Source of the DNA: Candidatus Binatia bacterium
Lineage (GTDB): Bacteria > Desulfobacterota > Binatia > UBA9968
Direction of reading: 5' to 3'
DNA: 61,263 nucleotides
NCBI GenBank assembly: GCA_036506735.1
Contig: DASXRG010000184.1
Span: 1-61,263, forward strand
Made by a program: the position numbers and the translations under genes. Shown here piece after piece: positions 53,899 through 61,263 of the stretch; the stretch's first letter is position 1; every line of letters starts with the position of its first letter. Below the pieces are notes generated by a model that saw only the letters and a program-made list of their open reading frames with translations, ran no database searches and was not told the origin of the DNA.

Positions 53899-54036
53899 CC
53901 GCCCGCCCGGGTGTCTCTCTCCGGGCCGATGCGATACGGCAGTATTACGCTCCACGGGGGAATACGTTTGCGGCTCCCTCGTCCCACGCATCGGCCCTCC
54001 GAGAAACACCCGAGCGGGCGGTCACCATAGCTGCAC
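53899..54036. repeat. Long structured intergenic element (family D/E), copy D2
   Basis: ccgcccgcccgggtgtctctctccgggccgatgcgat ... cgcatcggccctccgagaaacacccgagcgggcgg forms a long hairpin that ends in ccatagctgcac. Confidence 0.75.
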
Positions 54037-54048
54037 TCAACCCATATT

Positions 54049-54096
54049 TCAGATCTCGGATATCTGAGATTTGAGATCTGCCATTTGAGATCCGAG
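54049..54096. repeat. Short GAGAT-rich palindromic low-complexity tract
   Basis: tcagatctcggatatctgagatttgagatctgccatttgagatccgag contains cagatctc/gagatctg inverted repeats. Confidence 0.5.
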
Positions 54097-54107
54097 CGCC
54101 AGCGAGG

Positions 54108-55106
54108 CTAAGCCGCGTCCGAACGCTTCGCTTCCGCTTCCACCAGCGGCCGGTATTTGGCGCACAGCCCTTTCCAATATTCCCCGCGCTTATTCGCCCG
54201 CTCGACCGCCGTCTCGGAGAAATTTAGAAACGGCGGCCGTGCCGGCCCGGGCTTGTAGTATCCCGCGCGCTCGTGCGCGGTCTTGCCCGCGCCGCCTTCG
54301 CTCGCGTCGGGCCGGCCGCCGCTGCCGCTGCCCAAAAGCTCGCCGACCAAATTGAGCGCCTGCTCGTCTTCGCCCTTGGCGATCAAATTTCTCAAGTGCA
54401 GCACGGGCCATGGCCCCATCCAGGCATCGATCGACCAGCAGCCGGCCGCGCCCATCCGGGCAAACGGGTAATACTGCGCCTGGTTGACGAAGACGCTGAT
54501 CTTGCCTTTGATGATTTTTTGCAACTGCACGAACGCGCGCGTGTCGCGGTGGCTGTCTTTAATCCCGATGAGGTTTTTGTTTTCGACCAACTTGTTGAAG
54601 GCTGCGACCGGGATCGTGAACTTGTGGTTTTCCGGATTGTGGTAGATCACGATCGCAAGCTCGGGGAAAAGCGCGGCGATATCATGATAAAACTGCACCG
54701 CGTTGGGAACCGACGACGGCTCGTAGTACGGCACGCCGAGCAGCACGCCCTCGGCGCCGGCGTCGCGGACGACTTTCATTTTCTGGACCACCTCGCGCGG
54801 GTTCGGGCTGGTGCAGCCGATCAGAAGCGGCACGCGCTTCTTGACGGTCTCGATCGTCGCGCGGGTGAGTGTCGCGAACTCGTCGAACAAGAGATTGTAG
54901 CACTCGCCGAAAGTCCCGGTGGTCGCGAGAACGTCGATGCCGTCGCGGATGATGCGATCGACGCTCGGTCTCAGTTCATCGACGTTGATCGTCGCGGTCG
55001 CCCGAATATCCCCGGCATCCGCCGTCGCAAACGCCGGCATCATCGCCATCACGCCGCGCATGTCTTGTGGGGTCAGCATAAAATCTCCTTTGTGGATTCT
55101 ATTCAT
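54108..55106 (-). CDS. Dihydrodipicolinate synthase/N-acetylneuraminate lyase family class I aldolase
   Basis: 332 aa. TGTFGE, PYY and IGIKDS (Schiff-base Lys) motifs. The true start may be the internal MLTPQDM. Confidence 0.85.
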   Translation of the reverse strand: MNRIHKGDFMLTPQDMRGVMAMMPAFATADAGDIRATATINVDELRPSVDRIIRDGIDVLATTGTFGECYNLLFDEFATLTRATIETVKKRVPLLIGCTSPNPREVVQKMKVVRDAGAEGVLLGVPYYEPSSVPNAVQFYHDIAALFPELAIVIYHNPENHKFTIPVAAFNKLVENKNLIGIKDSHRDTRAFVQLQKIIKGKISVFVNQAQYYPFARMGAAGCWSIDAWMGPWPVLHLRNLIAKGEDEQALNLVGELLGSGSGGRPDASEGGAGKTAHERAGYYKPGPARPPFLNFSETAVERANKRGEYWKGLCAKYRPLVEAEAKRSDAA

Positions 55107-56106
55107 TCTCCTCGCGATAGAGCCCCAGCGCTTCGAGGATCGGGCGGTCGCTCACGCAAAAAAGCAGCGCCCTTTCCTTCGAGGATAAATTTCTATGCGC
55201 CTGCCACTGGAGCGGCGGAATCACAAAACAGTCGCGCTTATTCCATTGAAGCTCTTCCGCGCCCACCTGGCTCACACCCTCACCTTCGATCACGTGAACC
55301 ATCGCCGTGCCGGTGCGGCGGTGACAGCGCGTCACCTCGCCGGGACGGAGCACCTGGATCTCCACGCTCATCGTCGGCAACGTGTGGCCGCCGGTCGCCG
55401 GGTTTTTGAATTCAAAGACCCCTTCACGGTCCGGCTCGCTCGCCTCACAGAGCTGTTCGAGGGCCTCCAAGGTATCGCTCCAGCGATAGCGGTAAGCCGG
55501 TAACCGCTCGATCGGCGCGCGCGCTTGCAAAGCACCGAAAGCGCGCCGGTGATACTCGGCGGGCCGCGTCGCCGGCTGCACCGTATTGTCGGGCCAGAGC
55601 TCGCGCAAAAAAGCGCCCAAATAATTGATCAGGTTGCGGTCCTGTATGTCGAGCCAGATCGACGGCCCTTCGCTTAAATTTTCTGTGCCGTGCCAGCTCC
55701 AGTTCGGCTGGACGAGCAGATCGCCCGGCTCCATCACCATCGGCTCACCGTCCGACGTCGTCGTCGCGCCTCTGCCTTCGACGACGAAGCGCATCTGCGC
55801 GGGAGTATGGCGGTGCGAGGCGACGCTCTCGCCGGGATTCATGAGCTGATACGCGAGCGACAGCGCGCTGCCGCCGCCGGTGAGACCGATCACGCGTTGG
55901 TCCGTGTCCTCGGGCAGGCGCACGAGCTTGAGCGACTGTTCGAGAATCGGCAACATCTCCGTCCAGCGCCAGACATTTGTCTTCGCCTCGGACGGCTTCT
56001 CGCCGCCTCGATCTCCGCCTCTCTGCCACAGACCGCGCAAACCACGGCGCGCAAATTCTGCGTGTAAGGCCGTCAGATGTTGTTGTGTGTCGGCGATTGC
56101 CATCAC
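55099..56106 (-). CDS. Gentisate 1,2-dioxygenase-like bicupin (paralog A)
   Basis: 335 aa. SHRHTPAQMRFVVEG...NWSWHGT N-terminal cupin and CHRRTGTAMVHVIEG C-terminal cupin. Confidence 0.8.
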   Translation of the reverse strand: MMAIADTQQHLTALHAEFARRGLRGLWQRGGDRGGEKPSEAKTNVWRWTEMLPILEQSLKLVRLPEDTDQRVIGLTGGGSALSLAYQLMNPGESVASHRHTPAQMRFVVEGRGATTTSDGEPMVMEPGDLLVQPNWSWHGTENLSEGPSIWLDIQDRNLINYLGAFLRELWPDNTVQPATRPAEYHRRAFGALQARAPIERLPAYRYRWSDTLEALEQLCEASEPDREGVFEFKNPATGGHTLPTMSVEIQVLRPGEVTRCHRRTGTAMVHVIEGEGVSQVGAEELQWNKRDCFVIPPLQWQAHRNLSSKERALLFCVSDRPILEALGLYREENE

Positions 56107-56165
56107 CTTAAAAACTCCCCCTCACCTGCGAGACCTCACGGCGCAAGCTTTCAGGCCGCGGCCGA

Positions 56166-56356
56166 TAGGACAGTACCATGAGTCGAACCTCTCTTATCGG
56201 ACGTCCGCGTCCTTCAAACTTGCGCCCCTCGGCCTCGCCCGCACGCCACCGGCCGGTCGAAGAGGCCGCGCATCCGACACCGGCGGTTGGATTAATCAAC
56301 AATCTATTGCGCGGGCTCGGAGAGCGGTTGGCGGCGTGCGTGGGTCTAGGCTGCAC
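56166..56356. repeat. Long structured intergenic element (family D/E), copy E2
   Basis: It shares the block ccatgagtcgaac..tcggacgtccgcg..cttgcgccc and the arm gcgcgggctcggaga with copy E1. It ends in taggctgcac. Confidence 0.75.
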
Positions 56357-56362
56357 ATTCTC

Positions 56363-57406
56363 TTATTCCCCGAACCAATACTTCCGTTCCCGCCTGACTT
56401 TTTCGCCTTCGATCTCCTCCCGGTATAGTCCCAGCGGCCTTAAAAACGCCTCGTCGCTCATGGAAAAGAGAATCGCGTCTTCGCGACCCTGATTTTCATG
56501 GTGGTGCCAGCTCCACGGCGGCACGACGAAGAAATCTTTTTTATCCCATTCGAGATTCATTTCTCCGGCGCGCGTCGCGCCGCTTCCACGCACCACGTGA
56601 TAATAGCTGACTGAGGTGTGTCGGTGCGCTTTGGTCTTCATGCCCGGAGTCAAAAGCTGGATCGCGCAGGAGATGAACGGCAAGGTCGGGCCGCCGGACC
56701 AAGGATTGACGTAGCGGAGAAAAATCCCGTCGCATGGATCGCCGGCCGTATTTTTCAAAACGGTCAAACTTTTTTCCGTCTCGGACCACGGGTAACGATA
56801 CGGCACCCCGGGCAGCGACGCAGAAGGCTTGAGCCACGCGGCGCGCGCGAGCGATGCCGCGTGCCGGCTGAACTCCGCCGGGCTCTCGACCGGCTGCTGC
56901 GGCGTGGAATAGTCCTCGCGGAAGCTCAACTGGAGATAACCGGCGATCGCGGCGTTGAGACCGTCGATCCAGACGACGCGCTCGGAAGATTCGTTGACGT
57001 GATCGTGCCACGTCCAGTTGGGCGTCAAGATCAGATCGCCGGGCTCCATGACGAGCGCCTCGCCTTCCACGGTGCTCCAGACCTTGCCGTTGCCTTCGAT
57101 GACGAACCTGATCGCTTCCGCCGTGTGGCGATGCGCGCGCGCCTTCTCGCGCGGCAGGATCAACTGCATGCCCATGTTGATCGTCTTGGACCGGCCGGTG
57201 GGGTTGTCGAGGCCGATGTTGCGCCGGAAGGCGTGCTCGATGTCCACGTACTTCGCGGCACCCTCGAGAACCGGCTCGATGTCCGCCCACTTCCACAGAA
57301 AAGGCTGCATCGCGACGGCCGGCTCGTACGACGGCGGCTCTTCGCGCGTCCAGTAGCCCCTCAAGTGTTTCTCCTGCATCAAGCGGTGCAGCTCTTCGAG
57401 GCTCAT
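56363..57406 (-). CDS. Gentisate 1,2-dioxygenase-like bicupin (paralog B)
   Basis: Track ORF trimmed to the ATG preceded by GGAGG, giving MSLEELHRLMQEKHLRGYW. This removes the overlap with the upstream gene. AHRHTAEAIRFVIEG...NWTWHDH. Confidence 0.8.
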   Translation of the reverse strand: MSLEELHRLMQEKHLRGYWTREEPPSYEPAVAMQPFLWKWADIEPVLEGAAKYVDIEHAFRRNIGLDNPTGRSKTINMGMQLILPREKARAHRHTAEAIRFVIEGNGKVWSTVEGEALVMEPGDLILTPNWTWHDHVNESSERVVWIDGLNAAIAGYLQLSFREDYSTPQQPVESPAEFSRHAASLARAAWLKPSASLPGVPYRYPWSETEKSLTVLKNTAGDPCDGIFLRYVNPWSGGPTLPFISCAIQLLTPGMKTKAHRHTSVSYYHVVRGSGATRAGEMNLEWDKKDFFVVPPWSWHHHENQGREDAILFSMSDEAFLRPLGLYREEIEGEKVRRERKYWFGE

Positions 57407-57417
57407 CGATCCTCCGA

Positions 57418-58575
57418 TCAGGCGTCGAGGCGAAAAAATTCCACCGCATTGCCGGCCAGCATGCGGTAGCACTCGTCCTCGGGAACCCCGGCGAAAGATT
57501 CTTCGATCACTTTTCGCGAATGCGGCCAATCGCCGGAGGCGTGCGCGAAGTCGCTGCCCCACAGGAGCTGGCTCACGCCGGTATCGTAACGCAGCCGCAC
57601 ACCGAGCGGGTCGCGCATGAAGCCCCAGAGGTTCTGCGTCTTCAAATATTCGCTCGGCGTTCGCGCGGGCGGTTTGAATCCCCACAAACGCTCCGACCAA
57701 TAGCGATTGCGCTCGAACGTGTCGTCTAGCTGCGCGAGGCAGTACGGCAGCCAGCCGATCTGGGTTTCGGCCCAGTAAATCTTGAGTAAAGGAAAGCGGT
57801 CGAAGACGCCCGCCATCGCGAGCTGCAGCGCGCCCGCCGGCGCCTCGCCGACGAAGCGGACCAGCAGATTTACCGGATCGCGTCCGGGAATCGCATCGGC
57901 GGGAACGCGCGAATATTTGAGCAGCGGCCCCTCGCGCGAAAAGCGCGTCGAGCCGTTGGCGGTATGCGCGCTGAGGGGCATTTTGATATCGAGCGCGGCC
58001 CTCCAGAACTTGTCGTCCTCGGCCGTCGGATAACCTTTACCCGAGGGAAATTTATAGAGACAGACCCCCTTCAAACCCAAGCGCGCGCAGTGCTCCATCT
58101 CGGCGAGCGCGTCTTCCAAGCCGGTGTCGGGGATGAGTCCCATCGCGATCAACCGGTCGGGCGCCGCCGCGGCGTATTCCTCGCCGAGAAAATCGTTGTA
58201 GGCGCGGATCATCGCTTTGTACGGCTCGTCGTCGCCGATGCCGCGCCATATGCTCATGTAGACCGGATGGGTGTAGAGAATCTCGGCGTCGACGCCGTCC
58301 TGGTCCTGCTCGCGGAGGCGCTGCTCGGGCGTGCCGGTGCCCGCGCCGTCGTAAGTGATCGGGCCCAAGTCGTGCTTATCGTAAGAGGCGCCGGTGATGA
58401 GCAGGGTCGGCGTGAAGACGGGACGATTCTCGACGACGATGCCGTCGTTGCCGTTGGCGAGCTTGACGCGCCGCGGCGCGCGCTCGCGCCAGCGCTCGGG
58501 GACTCGACCGCTCCAGCGCTCCGGCGGCAGATCGAGGTGGGAGTCTCCGGATATAATGCGGTAACGGCGTGCCAT
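57418..58575 (-). CDS. Amidohydrolase_2 family protein (paralog B)
   Basis: 385 aa. IISGDSHLDLPPERW. Long stretches are identical to paralog A (GTGTPEQRLREQD, WAETQIGW.PYCLAQ.DDT.ERNR). Confidence 0.85.
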   Translation of the reverse strand: MARRYRIISGDSHLDLPPERWSGRVPERWRERAPRRVKLANGNDGIVVENRPVFTPTLLITGASYDKHDLGPITYDGAGTGTPEQRLREQDQDGVDAEILYTHPVYMSIWRGIGDDEPYKAMIRAYNDFLGEEYAAAAPDRLIAMGLIPDTGLEDALAEMEHCARLGLKGVCLYKFPSGKGYPTAEDDKFWRAALDIKMPLSAHTANGSTRFSREGPLLKYSRVPADAIPGRDPVNLLVRFVGEAPAGALQLAMAGVFDRFPLLKIYWAETQIGWLPYCLAQLDDTFERNRYWSERLWGFKPPARTPSEYLKTQNLWGFMRDPLGVRLRYDTGVSQLLWGSDFAHASGDWPHSRKVIEESFAGVPEDECYRMLAGNAVEFFRLDA

Positions 58576-58580
58576 ACGAG

Positions 58581-59276
58581 CTATTCTATAAGTTTCGCGG
58601 CTTCGGTGAGGCCGGCAACGAAAGTGCGGTTGATCTCCAGCGACTCGCGCGCCCCTTGCAGCACCAGCGCCTGCAGCTCCGGCGTCGCCGCGTGGCGGTC
58701 GAAGATGTCCGCCATCATGTCGGAGTGATCGCCGTCGGCGTTTTCGTTGGCGGTCGAGACTTCCATGTCCTTATCCGTGAGGCCGAGCTCCTTTTTCCAT
58801 TTCTCGGTGTTGCGCTTCACGTCGCCCCGCGCGCTCATCATGTTGGCGTCGCGCTCGAGAATCGAGGACGACGAGAGCGCTTGAAGCCACGGCTTGGTGC
58901 GCGCGACGTAGAGCCAGGCGTAGAAGGCGGCGCGCGAGGACGGCAGCGGCCGGGCGTTCTCGATCTCTTCGCGCGTGAGGCCCAGCGCCATGCAGCGGCG
59001 CACGTGGAGCGAGTAGTGGTCCGAGCCGCAGCGCGGATCGCGGATCAACTCTTCTTCCTCGTGCGCCCAGACGACGCGCTTGACCTCGATCGGCGCGGAA
59101 CACTGCACCGCGCCCCAGCAGTCGCGGCGGTTTTTATTGAACAGCGCGCGCTGGACGGCGATCAACCGCCCGCGCGACGGCGTGAGCTGCACGTCGCGCA
59201 GTTTGAGCCGTTTGCTCTCTTCGATGTGCTCGCGGCAAATCTCATCGAGCTTCTCTTGCAGTTCGGATCTCGCCAT
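58581..59276 (-). CDS. All-helical protein, possibly heme-oxygenase-like fold (TenA/PqqC/CADD-type)
   Basis: 231 aa. Acidic/His-rich segments WAHEEEELI..DHYSLH, ILERD and ENADGDHSDMM are spaced like carboxylate/His ligand helices. This is a weak by-eye call. Confidence 0.4.
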   Translation of the reverse strand: MARSELQEKLDEICREHIEESKRLKLRDVQLTPSRGRLIAVQRALFNKNRRDCWGAVQCSAPIEVKRVVWAHEEEELIRDPRCGSDHYSLHVRRCMALGLTREEIENARPLPSSRAAFYAWLYVARTKPWLQALSSSSILERDANMMSARGDVKRNTEKWKKELGLTDKDMEVSTANENADGDHSDMMADIFDRHAATPELQALVLQGARESLEINRTFVAGLTEAAKLIE

Positions 59277-59296
59277 ACCGGCCTCCGTGTGAGTAA

Positions 59297-60430
59297 TTAT
59301 TTCTTTCCGGCTTTCTCCAGCGCCTCGGTGATGAGCTTTCTTATCGGCTGGAGATCGCCGTATTCCGGCAGCGCGGCAAAAATATAGGGCACGCCTTCCT
59401 TGGGCACGACGTTGGCCGCGTCCGGAAAGTTCTTGGGAATGTCCGTGCGCAAGGAATTCCGCTCGGTGATCCTTTGATAAGCGATCTGGCCTTCGCGCGA
59501 CAAATACCAGTTGAGGTAAACTTTGGTCGCGTTGGGATGCGCGGGCCGGTTCATGATCCCCACCGCGCCCGCGCCCGCGTGCATGCTCGCGCCCTCTTGC
59601 GACAAATGGGTCATTTCATCCACGGGCAGTCCCTGCTTTTTCGCTTTGTCAATATCACCGGCGGCGGGAAAGATGAAGAGGGGAAATTTTCCCGTCGCCA
59701 GCCAGTCGGTCATGAGATGGCCCTCGCCGGCGAGCGTCAAGTCCATTTCGTTGAAGAGCCGGTAGACGAACTTCGGGCCGAGCTTGGGGCTGAAATAGAG
59801 AAAACGGATCGGGCCGCCGGCGCCGCTGCGCTTGCGCGGATCGTAGGCCAAGATCTTGCCGCGCCACTTGGGTTGCAGGAGGTCCCAGTACGATTGAATC
59901 TCCTCGGGGCGCACGAGCTTGGTGTTGTAGGCGATGAGCGAAGTCTCGACGGTGCCGTCGTTCAGCAGCACGTATTCTTTTTCCGCGTCGGCGAAGTGGA
60001 ATTTCTTTCCGAACCAGAGCGACTCATCGCTCACCTCGGGCAAGATCAAATGAGGCCGGATCGGATCGAGCGCTTTGGCCGGGAGCAGCACCTCGACCGG
60101 CGTTGTCGTGCCGACGATAAATAGGTCGGCCAAATATTTTCCGGCGCGCCTTTCGGCGATGATACGCGGACCAAGATCGGACCCGCTGCCGGAAATCAGG
60201 ATCAGTTTGATCTCTGAATAAATTTTCTGGAATTCCGTCAGCGCCTGCAGGTGGCTCTCGCGCGACCAGCCATAGACGGTCACCTGCCCTTCCGTCTTGG
60301 CCGCCTTGAGGGTTTTTTCCCACTCGGCCTTTCGGTCGGGCTTCTCAGCCGCGGGCGAATCTCGGCCGGTCTGTGAGAACAAAACAAAACCGAACACGAA
60401 GGTGAGGAGAAAGGCTAAGCGGGTTATCAT
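59297..60430 (-). CDS. Periplasmic solute-binding protein (SBP paralog 6)
   Basis: 377 aa. Signal-like MITRLAFLLTFVFGFVLFS. AHPNATKVYLNWYLSREGQ. Confidence 0.8.
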   Translation of the reverse strand: MITRLAFLLTFVFGFVLFSQTGRDSPAAEKPDRKAEWEKTLKAAKTEGQVTVYGWSRESHLQALTEFQKIYSEIKLILISGSGSDLGPRIIAERRAGKYLADLFIVGTTTPVEVLLPAKALDPIRPHLILPEVSDESLWFGKKFHFADAEKEYVLLNDGTVETSLIAYNTKLVRPEEIQSYWDLLQPKWRGKILAYDPRKRSGAGGPIRFLYFSPKLGPKFVYRLFNEMDLTLAGEGHLMTDWLATGKFPLFIFPAAGDIDKAKKQGLPVDEMTHLSQEGASMHAGAGAVGIMNRPAHPNATKVYLNWYLSREGQIAYQRITERNSLRTDIPKNFPDAANVVPKEGVPYIFAALPEYGDLQPIRKLITEALEKAGKK

Positions 60431-60562
60431 CGGCGCTTATTGAGGCTAGTCCAACGCCTCGGGCGGTGTCAACCGACGGCGGAATCCGGAAAAAATCCCG
60501 ATGGACACGAGCCGTACGGCCCCGGAACGGGTGAAAAAAGAATGGAAGGTGGAGCGGGTGAC

Positions 60563-60886
60563 TTAAGAAACCTTCGCGCCCGTGCTCACCGTTTTTTCCG
60601 GCGTCAAGAAAACGACGCGACCATCATCCGATGAGGCGGCGAGGACCATTCCCTGGCTTTCGAGGCCGCGCAAGGTCGCCGTCTCGAGATTCGCCACCAC
60701 GACGACTTGTTTGCCGACCAGTTCTTCCGGCTGATAGTGCGCGCGGATGCCGGCGACGATCTGCCGCTCCTCCGAGCCGATATCCACTTTGAGCACGAGC
60801 AGCTTGTCCGCGTTCGGATGCGCCTCGGCGCTTTTCACGACCCCGACGCGGAGCTCGACTTTTCTGAATTCATCGATGTGGATCAT
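60563..60886 (-). CDS. tRNA-binding domain protein (CsaA/EMAP-like)
   Basis: Track ORF trimmed to the ATG giving MIHIDEFRKVELRVGVVKSAEAHPNADKLLVLKVDIG, the canonical tRNA-binding OB-fold N-terminus. Confidence 0.8.
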   Translation of the reverse strand: MIHIDEFRKVELRVGVVKSAEAHPNADKLLVLKVDIGSEERQIVAGIRAHYQPEELVGKQVVVVANLETATLRGLESQGMVLAASSDDGRVVFLTPEKTVSTGAKVS

Positions 60887-61126
60887 CTTCGATTGCCTTT
60901 CTGAATCCGTTTTCGACCCAACATAGCAGAACGGCAGGTGCAAAAATAGCAGCGACTTTTTTCCCAATAAAACGCTTGACAGCGCACGTCCGATGCGGAC
61001 AACAGTAACAACTATTCATAACCAGGAGGGTTTTATGGCGCACAGCTTAAAGGGAACCAAGAGCATGAAAAAGACTTGTAACCCGCTGAAAGCGGCGCTA
61101 GACTCGTTCTCGCCCGGAGGAGAAAG

Positions 61127-61263
61127 ATGGCAAGCATCGACCTTCCTCCTTCATCGCAAAAGCGGCTTCTAGAATTATCCCGCCAGACCTTGGAGAGTTT
61201 CGTCCGGGGTTCGGCCAACCATGCCGAGAAAATCGACGATCCCCGCCTTTTGAACCCCGACTA
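61127..61263 (+). CDS. Possible AMMECR1-domain protein, N-terminal fragment (runs off the right edge)
   Basis: ATG preceded by GGAGGAG. The hand translation MASIDLPPSSQKRLLELSRQTLESFVRGS... resembles AMMECR1 N-termini. Only 45 codons are visible. Confidence 0.4.
   Translation, partial: MASIDLPPSSQKRLLELSRQTLESFVRGSANHAEKIDDPRLLNPD

Noticed and set aside
61035-61172. A 45-codon ORF (MAHSLKGTKSMKKTCNPLKAALDSF...) with a strong AGGAGGG RBS that overlaps the start of the AMMECR1-like gene in another frame.
   Set aside because: It has no recognisable family. The overlapping frame has its own RBS and a family-like N-terminus. It could still be a leader peptide, but I cannot support that from the sequence alone.

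Overview
This is a 61.3-kb high-GC bacterial chromosomal segment. My hand counts of single 60-nt lines give about 65-70% G+C in most genes. I do not claim a taxon. I found no rRNA, CRISPR array, transposase, integrase or phage genes, and only one tRNA, tRNA-Gly(CCC).

Layout:
(i) 1-19.1 kb is an unbroken string of minus-strand genes. It contains an alpha/beta hydrolase, an LLM flavin oxidoreductase, two tandem CoxL-like molybdenum-hydroxylase large subunits with a single 2Fe-2S subunit and a single FAD subunit, a CoxG-like protein, a dienelactone hydrolase, LysR, an epimerase, a bicupin, VapBC, a UbiD-type decarboxylase, a Rieske-oxygenase beta subunit plus two tandem alpha genes, and a solute-binding protein (SBP).
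(ii) 19.3-24.6 kb is a plus-strand acyl-CoA module: two family III CoA-transferases interleaved with two MaoC half-hydratases, then a thiolase-like protein and a DUF35 protein.
(iii) 24.6-37 kb is an AT-richer patchwork. It holds an orphan membrane-anchored protein, a truncated GST, a methyltransferase, a stand-alone Rieske oxygenase, a TAXI-like protein, an SBP, a bicupin, the tRNA-Gly, a glycine-rich RRM protein, an amidohydrolase, an OCD-family protein and a split TPP enzyme.
(iv) 37-46.7 kb is housekeeping: a gcvH-like gene, ftsB, eno, nth, hslR, tsaC, purE, purD, purH and alr.
(v) 46.9-60.4 kb holds an orphan DGQHR/DndB-like gene and a second catabolic cluster of paralogous amidohydrolases, gentisate-dioxygenase-like bicupins, a DHDPS-type aldolase, a heme-oxygenase-fold protein, an OCD-family protein and four more SBPs.

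Main observations: catalytic subunits are doubled in two enzyme systems; six SBP paralogs have no transporter partner in the window; several family members appear by eye to have lost canonical catalytic residues; and several families of palindromic repeats fill the intergenic space.

I see no obvious defence or mobile system beyond VapBC and the DGQHR gene. CDS coordinates follow the ORF track and include the stop codon. Starts that I trimmed and features I located by hand may be off by 1-2 nt. All functional calls rest on motif recognition by eye, not on database searches.
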